Source of the DNA: a virus
Taxonomy: Duplodnaviria > Caudoviricetes
Length of the DNA: 64,000 nucleotides
Virus record (IMG/VR): IMGVR_UViG_3300037313_001869
Span: 320,001 to 384,000 of that record
Reading direction: 5' to 3' (one strand)
The notes beneath the pieces are model-generated. The model searched no databases. It had not been told where the DNA came from and saw only the letters and a list, made by a program, of their open reading frames with translations. Shown here in pieces: positions 37,207 through 49,880 of the stretch; position 1 is the stretch's first letter, and every line of letters starts with the position of its first letter. The translations under genes were made by a program, and so were the position numbers.

Positions 37207-37794
37207 TCAGGCCGACAGGATCTCGATCCGGCCCCGGTCGTTGATGAGTGCCCCGGGGAAGCACTTCCGGAGGGCCGAGAAGAGCGCCCCCTCGCACGAG
37301 ACGGGCACGAGGCGGGCCTTACGGGCCCCGTCCCAGCGCTGGCCAGGGACCGACCACATGCAGCGGAGGAACGCCTCGTTGTAAGGGCCCTTGACGATCA
37401 GGCTCGATCCCTCGACCTCGACCGACAGGCCCTTCTTGCCCTGGAGGCGCTTGCTCACCCGTTCGGCGAGGACCGAGAAGCCGAGGTGGTGGAGGGCCAG
37501 GGTCCAGCGGGCCACCTTCTCGCCCGTCTGCTCGCAGGCGATACGGTGAACCAGGATGTTCGCTGCGCGGCGGAGGTCGCCGTCGATCATGGCCCGACGA
37601 GCCTCGGGCAGGTCGAGGGCGAGAACCCAAGCGTCTTCGAGTGAGACCTCGCCGCTCTGCTTCGTGTAGCCGTGCTTCTTGCGGCAGACCGGGCCCATGC
37701 CGGTCTCAATGCTGACGGCGTCGAGAAGCTCCTTGCCGCAGCAAGCGCAGAAGGTGGCGAGAAGCTGGGTGGCGGGGGCGGTTTCGTAGCTCAT
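37207..37794 (-). CDS. DUF6011-like zinc finger plus HARP-like domain
   Basis: CACCGKEL.D..S...GMGPVC; PYNEAF...VPGQRWD. Confidence 0.6.
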   Translation of the reverse strand: MSYETAPATQLLATFCACCGKELLDAVSIETGMGPVCRKKHGYTKQSGEVSLEDAWVLALDLPEARRAMIDGDLRRAANILVHRIACEQTGEKVARWTLALHHLGFSVLAERVSKRLQGKKGLSVEVEGSSLIVKGPYNEAFLRCMWSVPGQRWDGARKARLVPVSCEGALFSALRKCFPGALINDRGRIEILSA

Positions 37795-38185
37795 GGTGCC
37801 CCCGAGACGATCGAGGTCCCGAGCTTTTTCCGAAAAAGCGCGCCCTACCTGCCGAGGTTCATCCGGAACTCGTTTTCGCGGGCTTCCCACGAGACGAGCG
37901 GAGCCGTCACCGCCTCGTGGACCCACGCTGTCACCCGCTCGTCGGTCGCCTCCCCAGCCCGCAACGTGAGCGAGAGCGGGGTAAAGCCCTCGGCCGAAGC
38001 CACGGCCACGATGTAGCGTCCTTCGTTGACCGCCTCGCGAAGGAACGCGAGCGCCCGATCCGGCTCTTCGGTTCGCTCCTGCCGAAAAACGAGCTTCCGG
38101 GCCGGGTCGGCAGGCAGGAGGATCGTGAACTTACGCGGCATGTCCGCCATCTTGCACCGTCCGTGCCGCAGGGGCGAGAGGTTTC

Positions 38186-38350
38186 TCAGCCCAGGTCTTG
38201 TGCGTAGACCTTCGCGGCGCACACGATCAGAAACGCCCCCGAGGGCGAGAAGCCCTCGTGAACAAGCATGTCGAGGGCCCCCTCTTCGCCGATAACCTCG
38301 ATGAGCTGGGCCACACGACGGATGGTCTCGGCGAAGGGAGGGGCGGGCAT
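38186..38350 (-). CDS. 54-aa hypothetical protein (below ORF-track cutoff)
   Basis: SD AGGAG; [13 protein letters not shown]... Confidence 0.5.
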   Translation of the reverse strand: MPAPPFAETIRRVAQLIEVIGEEGALDMLVHEGFSPSGAFLIVCAAKVYAQDLG

Positions 38351-38379
38351 CGGGCGAACTCCTGCTCTCGGTGGACCGA

Positions 38380-39063
38380 TAAGACGTTCGTGAGGAACTC
38401 GTCGTCCGACGGCTCGACCTTCGCATCGCTCGGAGCCGGGATGGTCCGCTCCTCGGGATCGGGCTCGTTCACCCGGTCGTAGCGGTTGCCGCCCGGCAGG
38501 CTCCCGGTCTTGCCGCAGAGGCGCTCGACGAACTCCACCACCTGCCTTACCGTCGCCGCCTCTCCCCGCAGGATCAGGGTCTCCTTGTCCCCCGAGACCT
38601 TCAGGTAGTAGCGGACCGGCATCGGGATCTCGGCCGAGGCCGACGGAACGCCCTGGCCGTAGCTGCCGGTCTGCATGGACCCGGTGACCGTGTAGGGGGC
38701 CTTGTCCTCCGGCCGGCCCTGGGCCTCGCGGATCTCCAGCTTGGCCCCCGTCGCCCCGCCCGTCTCGAAGACCGAGGTGTAAGAATACAGGTGATCAGCC
38801 ATGCCGTTCAGGACGGCCGCGGGGGTGTGCTCGACGATGTCCTTGGCCTCTTTCAGGCCGAGGCCCGTCACCTGCCGGACGGCCTTGATGCAGTTGATCC
38901 GGTTGATGCCCGGGTCGACGAGAACGAGCACGCTCGGCACCGGCCCGGCCGCCCCCGGTCCCGCGAAGCGCTCGACGAGCCCTGTCGCCTCCGAGAGCCG
39001 GGCGATCTCGGTCTTCAGGATGGCCTTCTGGCCGTTGATCTCCATCTTCAGGTAGGCGCGCAT
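38380..39063 (-). CDS. protein containing a ribosomal L7/L12 C-terminal domain; end placed at in-frame TTA
   Basis: [24 protein letters not shown]. Confidence 0.75.
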
Positions 39064-39064
39064 G

Positions 39065-39373
39065 TAAATACTCCTCCGGCAGAAGCGCCGTCGTCACCGA
39101 GCGATCGGCCTCGGTGATCACGTACACCTTCTGCTTGCCGAACTGGTACACCGACAGGAGCCGGTCGCCCGAGGTGACGCCGTCGTCGTTCGCCTTCTTG
39201 TCCTCGGCGCACACGTTGCCCCAGTCGGCCTTCGCGTGACGGGCGAGAAAGCCCGACAGAACCTCTCCGGTCACGCCCGCGGCGGCGACGCCGGATGTGT
39301 AGACGACCTCGCCCAAGCGAAAGAGGTTCTGCTCGGGCATCACAATGACAAGGGGGGCTTTTTTCATGTTCAT
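39065..39373 (-). CDS. conserved phage/plasmid protein (F.LG...T.G...RH..DWG...TEADRS.TT.LLPEEY); end placed at in-frame TTA
   Basis: family-typical C-terminus LLPEEY followed directly by TTA. Confidence 0.75.
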
Positions 39374-39744
39374 TTCCTCTCTTCGGTAGCTCAGGAGATG
39401 CCCGAGTCGCTGAGGGTCACGCGCAGGCCGGGGAAGAACTCCTCGACCATCTGACGCGCCTCGGCGTTACCAGCCCGGTCGATGCCGTACTCGCGGGAGG
39501 TCTCGCTGTCCCTCCGGCCGATGACCATCCTGAGCGAGGCAACACTGTAGCCCGTGGCCGCGAGCTTCTCGACCTTCTGGGCAAGGCTTTCCATGGCCTC
39601 GCGCACCGTTGCGGACGGCTTGCTGTCGAGGGCACGCTTGCTGTTGACGTTGGCGCTGGCGCGGTAGAGCTTGGGGGTGTTCATGTCCCCCAGACGATCG
39701 AGCCGGCTGTCTTTTTCCGAAGCCGGCTCGATTTCTCGCCGGAC

Positions 39745-40032
39745 TCAGACCTTGTTGTAAAGCAGGGTGATATCGCCGTTGGTGACCGTGGTGCCAGTCG
39801 CGAAGACCTGCCGGATCGCGATCGGGATAGGCACGCCCACGGCGCAGGCAGGCAACGTCACCTCCGAGCCGTCACGGGTCTTCACCTTGATGGCCCCGCT
39901 CGCGTGGAGCATGAAGCTCACGGCGTGCCGCTTCATCTCGAAGTCGTCGCTGATGACGCCAGCGGAATCATCGGACTTTGTGGCCACGTCGCCCTGCTGG
40001 GCGTCGGTCGCTACGATGTGGAGAATGTGCAA
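39745..40032 (-). CDS. capsid spike-base-like protein (Rcc01079-like)
   Basis: GAIKV...G.EVTL...VG.PIPI.IRQVFATGTT; SD GGAGG before TTG. Confidence 0.6.
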   Translation of the reverse strand: MHILHIVATDAQQGDVATKSDDSAGVISDDFEMKRHAVSFMLHASGAIKVKTRDGSEVTLPACAVGVPIPIAIRQVFATGTTVTNGDITLLYNKV

Positions 40033-40068
40033 GGTCGGGCCTCCGAAGAGGCGAGACCTATCGAGAGA

Positions 40069-43000
40069 TTAAGGCAGGATCTCGACGACGTGGGCCGGAT
40101 TGACCTCGATCTCGACCACGCCGCACTTCGGGCACGCCTCGCCCTCGGCCGGCTCGTCCGGCTCGACGTAGAGCCGGATCGTCGTCGGCGCCGTCGGGTG
40201 GTCGCCCCGGACGTGGCGCACCGTGCCCACGACTTCGCGCGGCGTCCCTTCGACCTTGGGCTGGACGCCCGCGAGCGAGACCGTCCTGGCCTCGACCCAG
40301 CGGGCCCGGAGCCTCGTGCCCTTGGTCACGTAGCAAGGCGGGCTCACGCGCCCGCCTTGGTGGCCAGGAAGGCCGCCAGCTTGGCCGCCCGCTCAGCCTT
40401 CCTCTGCTCGTCGGCCGCGAGGGCCTTCTCGTTCAGGGAAGGGAAGAGGGCCCGGCCCGCCTCGCTCAGCTCCTCACGGCCGTAGTAGTACGTGCGGAGA
40501 GCCATCTCGTCGGCGAGCCACTTCGCCCGCGCTTCCTCGGTCATGCGGGCGAGAAACTCCTCCTTCGGCACCTGACGGAGCAGGCCCTTCTGAAAGAGGG
40601 CGTGCCGCACGCGGGGGTCGGGCACCTTGATGCCTCGGGCCATGATCTCCTTGAAGTTGGAGAGGCCGTAGTAGAGGACGCCGTTTTCCTGAGCGGGGGA
40701 GAGCTTCTTCATGGTGGGGCCTAGACGGACGGGGTACCGGGCTTTTTCCAAACTTCGTCAGGTGCCCCCGAGAAGCTTCGCCTTCGCCCGGGCGAGCGCC
40801 TCGGGGTCATGCCCGAGCACCTCGGCCAGCACCCGAAGCTGAGCATCCCGGGTCCTCTCGGCCTCGACCTCGGTGGGGTTTCTGAACCGGCGTACGTCCT
40901 CGACGGCCTCGGCCGCCGCTTCGGCCGGGTCGGTCGCGTGGTAGCCCCGGAAGGTGCGAGTCAGGGCCGGCTTGCCCTTGTTCGCCCTCACGACGACGAA
41001 GATCGCCGCCTCCCAGACGAACGCCCCTTCAAGCTTCGAGAACGTGAACGAGACGTTCTCTTCGGTGACGCTGGCCTTCTTGGCCGTTTCGATGACAAGC
41101 TGGGTGAGGTCCATGGCAGTCTCCTAGACGGACGAGAGCCGGCGCCCTTTCCGGTCTCCCCGGTCGAACGCCAGCACGACCAGCGCCGCGAACAAGAGCC
41201 AGCTCACTTGGTCGCCTCGGGCCCGAGCCACTCCTCGGCAAAAACCACGCGGTAGAACGTGCCGCCGGGCCCGCCCCAGGTCGAGATTTCGTCGCGATGG
41301 AGGTAGAAGAAGCGCGAGACCGCGTCCCTCCAGGCCGAGTCGTGGTCGCCGATCTTCGTCCAGGCGCTCTCGCCCTTCCGGTAGCCCTTGCCGGGCTTCG
41401 GCTCCTCGGTCTTCTCGTCGAGGTCCTCTTCAGGGATCACGTCCCACCGCTCCCGCTCGAAGACCCGAACGTAGTTCATCGGGGCAAAGAGCAGAAGATC
41501 CCGCGACCGGTAACCCTCTTCGCCCTCGCGGGTGTCGATGTTCACGGTCACGACCATAGCGCGGGGCCGCTCCTGCTGAGCCTGGAACTTCCCCGCCTCT
41601 TTCATGAAGGTCTGGCAGACCACGTCGGCCAGGAGATGATGAAGCATGGGTCACTCGTCTTTCAGGTAGTCACGCTGGCGGTTACGGGCGCCGCCCCGCC
41701 CTTCGGTCCGGTGCTTCATCGTGGTCGTGGTGCGGCTGTAGCGAGCCGCCATCGCGACCACGATGGGGTTTTGGGGGAGCTTCGGCTGGGCCTTCTTGGT
41801 CTTCTTGCTCATAGGCGAGAGACGTGCGAGGCCCGGGCTGTTTTCCAAACTACTTGATCAGCTCGACCAGGTCCGCGAAGATCGAGGCAACCTCGGAATG
41901 GCCGTTCGCGTGCCCCAGCTCGTACGCTTTGGCAAAGCAGAGGTCGGCCTTCGGGTTCTTGGTCACGTCGTGGTAGAGCAGGAGATCCCGGCGAAACTCG
42001 ACATCGAGCCTTGCCTGATCCCGATTGCAAGCGGTCATGGCGGACTGGCCCCCGCGCCAGTCGAGCTTGGTCTTGTAGTAGTCGTTGTCGAGCTTCTCCC
42101 GGAACGCGAGGACGAGCGTGGTCTCCTCGGGAGAAGACCCGCGGGCCTTCTTCTCCGGCTTGATCTTCTTCAGGGCCGGGGGCTTCTTCGCCGGAGAAGG
42201 GGCGTCGTCCTCGCTGATGCGGTCAAACCGGGTCTTCTGGCTTTTTGCCATGGCATGGGCTCCTTGAACGGGAGAGACGTTCGAGGCGTCTCGGTTTTTC
42301 CCTGATTCAACGTCGCGAAGATGCCAGCCTCGCAGCGCTGTCTCGGAGCGCGAACCGGTCCATCGAAGCCACCGGCCCTTCCGGCAGACCTTCGACGCTG
42401 CTCGCCCGGACGTAGAGCACGAGCACGGGCGTATCGCGCCAATCGATAAGCCAGGGCCGCTCCCGCATGGCTTCCAGGGTCACGACGACGATCGTGCGCC
42501 GGTCCCAGCCCTCTTGCTCCAGGGCTTCGCCGCTCTTCACCAGGACCCAGCGGAACTCGGGCCGGTACATCCAGGCTTCCGGGTCTTCCTCGGGCGCGGT
42601 CTCCATCGTCACGTCCAGGATTCCGCCGGGCTTCCAGGTGGTGTGCGGGCACATACTCAGAGCCCCGGGACGTGGATCACGATGTAGCCCGAATCGCAGA
42701 TGACCGCGTCACGCTGGACGTAGCAGGCAAACGATTCGTAAGGCTCTGCCGACGCGGGCCTTTCCTTCTTCAGGTGCGGCCGGAACGCCACGCTCGAAGC
42801 CTCGGTGATCGGCTCGCCGTCGGGGTAGGCGGCCTCTTCTTTGACCAGTTCCGCGATGATGATCCGCCCCGCTTGCTCGAAGGTGGGGGCGTGGCCAACG
42901 TGGCGGCGGCCTTCTTTGATGCTCAGCATGGCTCAGAGGGTCTCTCCGGTAAGAACACGGTAGAAGCGATCAGGCGGAGGGTCCTCGATGGTCACCCCAT

Positions 43001-43580
43001 CGTCGCCGCAGGTGATGATCGATGCCGAGAGACCCATGACCTCCGCGAGCGTCTGCCACTTCACGTCGACATCGACCGAGATCCGGATCGGCCCCGTTCT
43101 TCCGGGCAGGTACTCCGGCATTGCTCAGCTCCCCCGGAGAAGGCGAAAGCGCTCGACCGCCTCGGCGAGGTCGTCGTCTTCGATATGCCCGAGCCGGCTC
43201 TCGTTCGGAGAGAGGGCGTTGCGGAGGAGCTGCCCGAGCCGCTGCTCCTTGTACTTCGGCTGCGTCCAGATCCACAAGATCCGCTCGACGATCTGCCGCT
43301 TCTGATCGTCGGTGACGGCCCGGCCGCGTGGTGAGATCGCCACGTTCACGATGTCGAGGTCGTCGAGGAGGTTGTCGCCCGCGCCGTTGTCGACCTCGTC
43401 GCCGAGGTCCCGGAAGGAAGCGAGCAAGGAGCTGTAGAGAACGGCAAGCTGGGCCGGCGAGAGGTGCTCGCGCAAGTACCTGCCGTGCTCTAGCCAAGTC
43501 CGGGCTGTCGAGCCCTGCAAGAGGTCCCGGAGCCGCCCGGTCATGGCTTGGGCGTTTGCCCGGGCCTCTTCGAGGGTCAT
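40069..43580 (-). other. cluster of about 10 small hypothetical ORFs
   Basis: class A motifs at 40723, 41126, 41820, 42275; 41850-42251 begins KTRFDRI. Confidence 0.55.
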
Positions 43581-43774
43581 GGGTGCGCGAATCCCTCCCG
43601 GATCATCCGGGCTAGGTGGTTGGCCATTGTCCGGTGGTCGCTTGGGGTCCCGCTGGTCACCAGGATGCGTCTCCCCGCTTCGGGGGGCACGAACCGCCAG
43701 TGGCTCTTTCGTGTCCTCTCCACCTTCCACCCCTGCCTTCGCGCCTCTCGGATCACCTTTGCTAGATCGTCCAT
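43577..43774 (-). CDS. HicA-like (dsRBD-fold) protein
   Basis: ARRQGWKVERTRKSHWRF..P...TPSD. Confidence 0.6.
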   Translation of the reverse strand: MDDLAKVIREARRQGWKVERTRKSHWRFVPPEAGRRILVTSGTPSDHRTMANHLARMIREGFAHP

Positions 43775-43790
43775 GGGTCACGCTTTCTTT

Positions 43791-46700
43791 CTACACCGGG
43801 GTTGTGGTCTCAGGCTGGGCTGGGGCCTCGCCCTTTTCGAGCGCCGCGATCTCGCTCTCGATCTTGCGAGTCTTCTCCCGAAGGACCGAGAGCGTCACCT
43901 GAAGGGAACGGACGCGCTCGCTCGTCATCTTGCGCTTCTCCTTGGCGTACGAGATCGCCTGACGAGCCGTCGGGAGCGCCTGGAGGATGACGTAATCCTC
44001 GGTGAGGACCATCACCACGCCGAACCAGCGCTTACGCCGCAGGGCGCCGCGCGAGGTCCGGTAGTCGGCCGCGAACTCCAGGGCATCGAACACGTCGAGC
44101 GCCCCGACCATGTAGAAGCACTCGCCCCGCGCCGGGTCGAGAAAGTCCCGGGAGAGTCCCCCGGGCTTGGTCGGATCGATGCCAATGATCGCAACCCAGT
44201 TGCTCCCCCGCTCGTGCGTCTCGTGGATCGGTACCTCCATGAGGGCGCCGTTCGCCACGGCAAGCTTCACCGGCTCGGCGGGGGCCGTCGACACATTCAG
44301 AGGGGCTTTGCGTACTGGGGTGGTCATGGGGTGCCTACGTGCTCTCTCGGAAGGGCTCTGCCAAGTCCGGTAGTTTTCAGCCGTAGTCGGGGTCAGGGTG
44401 GGCGTGCTGCTCCCCGTATTCCTTCTGGAGCTTGTCTTGCTGATCTCGCAAGAAGTCCCAGTTGTACCCCGTGTCCGGCCGCTCCTCGATGGTGATGAAG
44501 AGCCCGTAGCTCTCCTGTTTGACCTTCGAGACGATGGCCCAGCCGCCCGCGAAGTCGTCCTCGCCGTGGTCGATGTACCACGCGCTCGGAACGTAGATCC
44601 GGTCGCCTACCTGGGGCGGGTCGTTCCGTGTTTTCTCTGTGTCGCCTGCGATCCGATCGAAACGGGTTGCCATACGGTAGAGCTACACCGGCGGCTCTCG
44701 GTAGTAGCGGGGCAGGGTCATCGGAAGGGCCGAGATTTTCCAGCCCTGCGCGGCCAGGGCCTCGAAGGCAAAGCGCCGGACCTCGCTGTTATCGAACACT
44801 AGCTCCGCTCCCCACCAGCCTACCTCGACCACCCCAGCCCGTAGGCTCGTCTCTCCGATCTGAAGGGTCATCCCGGCCCGCAAGTTCTTGCGCCAGAAGG
44901 CCGCTTCGTGCTCCCGAGGCTCTCGCTTTCGGAAGAGATTCCACAGACTAAACGGGAGCTTCACGGTCAAACCTCGTGGGTACCGGTTCGATCAGGTAGT
45001 AGGCGGCGAGGTCTTCGAGCCTCACCCGGAGCTTCTCGCCCGAGGGACACACGACCTCGGCTTCGTCTTCCTCGTCGAGCACCTGAAGGACCGTGACGAG
45101 CCCCCGCTTGGGGTACCGGACGTTTGTACCCTTGCAAAGCCTCGCCCTCAAGTAGCAGACGTGGTCGTTCACTTCATCGACGAAGGCTTCTCCGTCCTTC
45201 GGGGTCCAGCCGGGCGGGGGCTCGCCGCGAAACCGCACCCAGTAGGCCGTGTAGAGGAGGTTGTCAGCTTCGTCGAACAAGGCGTTCTTGCTCGCCAGGG
45301 TCCCGCTGAGCGTCGCCCGATCCGAGACCCGATCGTACTCGGCGACCAGGGCTTCGTAGGTCCAGACCCGGGGTGGTCGGGTCTCTCCCGTTCTCGCGTG
45401 CTCCATCTTCCGGTCGAGGCAGTCGCCGCAAAGAAGGGGCGAGCCGGGCTTGATGCGGCACCCCAAGCATTCGACGAACGGCTCGCCCATCGCTCAGATC
45501 CTTTCGTAGCGGCTCGGGAACCGGGCCCGTGCGGCCTGCTCTTGTTCGATCTCCCACTCGATCTGCGCAAACCAGAGGTCGAACTCCTCCCGGGCAGCGA
45601 GGTTCTCCGGCAGACGAAAGGTCCATACGCCCGCCGCGTAGGAGGTGCTCAAGAAGCCCTGGTAGGTGAGGCTCTCCGCCTCCGGGCTAGCGGCCTCCCT
45701 CGCCTCGGTGATGGCCCCCTGCGCGAGGAGCCTCTGAAGAAACGCTAGCTCCTTCGGCGTCGGTCGGTAGCTCTTTTGCATCGTCAACCTCACTCGCATC
45801 GCCTACCCTCTCGTACCTCGTTGGAAGCGCTTCGTGCTCCGCTTCGGCCTTCGCTTCCTCGTCGAGCTGCTTCAGGACCTTCATGTCCTCGGAAAGCCTC
45901 ATGAATGCCTGGGTGATGAGGTCGAAGCCCCGGGCCCTCACCGCCCACGAAGCCCCGTACGGTGCCTGGGGCAGGGCGTCCAGCTCGGCTCTTTCGGGCG
46001 GGTCCTCCCCGGCTTCCTCTCGAACCCTCGCCTTCTCGGCCTCCTGGGCTTCGGCCGCTTTCAGGGTTTGGGTGATGCTCTCTTCGAGGTCCTTGTCCAT
46101 CGCTTCTTTTACACCCGTTCGTACCGGAGCCGTGGGGCGCCCACCTGCCATTTCACCACCTCGTCGAGGGGCCAGACGTGGTAGGCGCCCCCGTGGCATT
46201 GGGGGCGAAACCGGATATCCTCGCGCTCGATCGAATCGACCTGGATCGACTCCCCGTTGTAGTGCCGGAGAAAGGCCCCTGGGTGGACCCAGGCGAGCAG
46301 GGCCGTCACAGCCGGGTTCTCGGGGCGCTCCGGTACCCGGCAGAAAAGCGGCTGAGCCGCCCGGGGCTTCAGCCCCGCGGCCTCGATCTTCGCCCGGAGC
46401 TTCTCTGTGGCCACGGCCTTCCGCCGCCGGTCCACGAGCCAGTTCGCCACCGGGCCGTCCAGGATCTCTCGCTCGTAGCGGGTCGGGGCCATCAGATCGG
46501 CTCGTCCCGGTCGAACCGGGTTGGGGGTGGCGGGGGCGGCGGCGCTTTCGGGAGGTTGCCCGTGCTCGACGAGCGGTAGATCATCCCCTCTTTCTGGAGC
46601 TGGCTGATCAGCCTATGAACGACAGAGAAGTCCTGCCCCGAGGTCGTGACGGGCGGGTCCGGGTGGTAGACCGTGACCCCTTCCGATCGCAGAGCCTCGA

Positions 46701-47309
46701 CGGCCCCGACTCTTCCCGGTTCCCAGGGCCCGAGCGGGATCTCTCGGCAGGGGTTCCGGCCGATCGAAGGAGGCGGGAGGAGGGTGCCTGGCTCGGCCGG
46801 AGGGGGCGGCAGGATCACGACTCGCCCTTCGGCGAGGAGCCGTCGCATTTCTTCGAGCGAGGGCGGGAGCGACGCGGCTTCGGAGGCGAGGTCGATTCGG
46901 GTGGGCATTCGAGGTTGATCCTCTCGTAACGGGTCAGGCGGTCGTCGAGGTGCGCTGCGCCGCACGGGCCCCGGCGCTTGCTCGGTTTGGTGATGCCACG
47001 GTCTTCGAGGGCCCGCACGAACCGGCTCCGCTGGGCCCGTGCGGCGGCCTCTTCTTCGTCAAAGAACGCGCCAGCCTTCATCAAGGTGAAGAAGAACGTT
47101 TGCCGGAGCTTTTCGCGGGGGTTCCTCCCGGGCCAGACCTCATTGAGCTGATCGAGGTGCCGCATGGCGTTCTTGTAGGTTTGGTCCAGCTCTTGGATCA
47201 CCTCGGTCTCGCCCCGCATCTGAAGGAACCCGATGGTCTCGGCGAGAAGCCGAGCGAGCTTGTCGGGATCTTCACGAGCCGCAACGACACGCTGACGAAA
47301 CCGTTTCAC
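43791..47309 (-). other. run of nine hypothetical ORFs, eight with R(F/Y)xR terminal motifs
   Basis: TRFDRI, PRYYRE, TRFDRE, SRYERI, TRYERV, TRYERE/LRYERV, TRFDRD, TRYERI. Confidence 0.6.
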
Positions 47310-47353
47310 GTCTTCTAAGACACCGATCCCCCGGTGTCAGAGAGAGCACGGCC

Positions 47354-48272
47354 ATGAGCTACCGCGAACCTGCCCCCGTAGAGGCTCTTCCCGAGCCCCA
47401 GAAGCGCTCGTTCCGTCTGCCCCGGGCCTTGCGCCTGTCCGACGGGGCCGTCCGGTTCTGGCTCATCGTAGGCGCCTCGGTGCTCGGAAACGGGGTCAGT
47501 CACCTCTGCATCGCTTTCAAGGCCGGTGGCTCGCTCGCGGCACCGGTGGCCCTGCTGGTCATCGGTGCCGTCCTCCTCGTCGTGACGATCGTGTGGGCGA
47601 TCCTGAGCGACCCCTGATGCCCAAGATCGACAAGAGCTGGTACGCGATCTGCTGGGAGGTCCCCTTCTGCCCCGCGTGCGACTGGGCCGCCTACGAAGCG
47701 TGGTGGGCCTCGGGTGACCGGGAAGAAGAGCAAGAGCAGCTCATCCGGCTCGCCCACGCCCGAGCCCACCCTGACCGTTACCCCACCATCACCTTTGCCG
47801 ACGAGCCCATGACCTACCGCAACCCCGCCCCCATCGAGCCGACCGAACCCCAGCCGAAGCCTCTCGACCTCGAACGTTTCACCCCGGGCCGGGTCTTCGG
47901 TACCATGGCGGCCGGCTTCCTCGCGATCGTCGGGCTTCTCACCTTGGAGTTCGGCACGCAGGTCCTCGGCTGCGCCGCGCTCTTCGTGATCTTCCTCGTC
48001 CTCGTCGCCTTCATCCCCCAGTGAAAGAACCCATGTACGAGATCGTCACCCGCCAGGTCTACTCTCGCAAGAAGCTCGCCCTCGTCACGCTACGGGAGAT
48101 CGAGCCCGTGACGCACGAGGTCCTGAAGGAGAGCGCCCGGCCCCCGGTTGGCACGACCCTCCGCGACCAGCTCGGCAACCTCTGGAAAGTGAAGAGCCAC
48201 GTCGGCGCGGCCGTGGCTCTTTCGGGTCCGAGCGATCTGCCTTCGGGCAACTACTTCGAGACGGGGAAGTGA
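47354..48272 (+). other. small membrane proteins (47354-47617, 47617-48024) and a hypothetical ORF (48021-48272)
   Basis: paired hydrophobic helices; shared M(S/T)YR(E/N)PAP(V/I)E segment. Confidence 0.55.
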
Positions 48273-48447
48273 GCCCCACGCAGGGGCCGGCCCCGCGAGG
48301 TCTTTTCCTTGGGGGCGCCCTGCTTCTCTAGCGCCGCCCGGAGCTTCGCCTCGTCGCCGAAGGTCCGGTAGCTGTAGCCCTGCTCCAGGTGCCGGACCTT
48401 CCAGGCGCCGGGCCCGTCCTCGACCGCCTCCATGGGCCCGACCTGGA

Positions 48448-49011
48448 TCATGCGCTCAGGGTTTCGGTCGGGCTCGCGAGCGACGGGGACGAAGGCGTGG
48501 GCGATGATGACGACGGGTCGCTCGCGGGTGAGAGGACGGGGGCGCTCTTGGGCGACCGGGGCCGGGGGGACCTCTTCGCCTTTTCCTTCGGGGCGTTCGG
48601 CTCCTTCGAGATCGAGAACGCCTTGGTCTTCTCGTCCTTCACCAGCATCCGGTCCTTCCTCAGGTGGTAGAGGACGTTGTAGACCTTCGTTTTGTCCTCC
48701 CCCGCCGTCCCCAGAAGCTTCAGCAGGGCCCGGGTCTTCATCGGGCCGCGGTCCTGGATCAGGTCGTAGACCTGCTTCCGAAGGCCGGTGTGCGGCCCTC
48801 CGACCGGGCCGCGGGACGGGGCGGGGGGCACGCCGGGGTTCGCCGCCCTCCGCGAGAAAGGGCCCGGGGGCGCCTCCTGGCCCGACGCGGTCTCGATGTC
48901 CGTGGCGACGGAGGAGAGCAGCCGGAGAGCCACCTCCGGCGAGAGCGGCGCGAGCGTCCGAAGGACCTCCGCCTTGATCTGGGCCTGCTCGGCCAACGCT
49001 TGGATAGCCAT
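48448..49011 (-). CDS. winged-helix DNA-binding protein
   Basis: VYDLIQDRGPMKTRALL...VYNVLYHLRK; basic tail. Confidence 0.55.
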   Translation of the reverse strand: MAIQALAEQAQIKAEVLRTLAPLSPEVALRLLSSVATDIETASGQEAPPGPFSRRAANPGVPPAPSRGPVGGPHTGLRKQVYDLIQDRGPMKTRALLKLLGTAGEDKTKVYNVLYHLRKDRMLVKDEKTKAFSISKEPNAPKEKAKRSPRPRSPKSAPVLSPASDPSSSSPTPSSPSLASPTETLSA

Positions 49012-49880
49012 GGCTCCTGTCTACACCGGGTCGGGCCGATCGAAACGGGTCTCGGCGAGCGGGCGATAGAAGGACTCGATCGACCAGAGGTGCATCGTCA
49101 GTGTCGCCCCGTCCGGGACCCGCGCGAGCACCAGGCTCTTGTTGACCATGCCCACCACCTCGAAGACCTCTTCTTTGGCCTTCTTGTCCATCTTGCCGAT
49201 GACGAACTTTCCCCGGTAGAGCCACGGGGGCACAGACGAGAGCCGGCGCTCGCGGAGAAGGGAAAGCACCCCCTCGACCGGGAAGCGCCGTTTGTGAATG
49301 AGGGGCCGTAGCTCGTCGGCGAGGTACCGTTCGTCCTCGGTCGAAAAGCCCCCCTTCACGAGGCTTTTCGCTAGCTCCCTCGCCGTCGTCGCCGCCTCGA
49401 TGAGCGGGATGCGTGGGTCGTCTCCCTGGCTCATAGCGGATCTTCCCTGTCGAAGCGGGGCAAGGGTACCGGCTCGTAGTCGTCGAGCACTGAGCGGGGA
49501 CGGACCTTGATCGTGGCCCCGTCGCGGTAGGCCACGTTGCCCATCTCGGTGAGGCGCGGAAACTCCTCGTCGGGCAGTACGAGGATGGTCCTGTTGGTGC
49601 GCGGGTTGCGGTAGGGTCTTGGCGGGGGCATGGCCCCTTCTGTTACACCCGAGCGAAACGAGTCGGGGGCTCGGGCCGGAAGAGCGCATCAAACGACTCC
49701 TTCGGCCAAAACCCCCGCCTACCCCACATATCCTCGACCACCATCACCGGCTCGACGCCGGGCCCGGGCCTGCGGATCTCGACAAGCGTGACTACCTCGT
49801 CGCTCGAAAGGCACAGGTACGTCCGGGGGCGCCTCACACGTAGGGGATTTTCATAAACGGAAACGGTGTAGCTAGCTTGC

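Noticed and set aside
45687-45799. TTA-as-stop explaining every long overlap
   Set aside because: Overlaps at 15736-15842, 45687-45799 and 46815-46908 have no in-frame TTA, so long overlaps alone are not proof.
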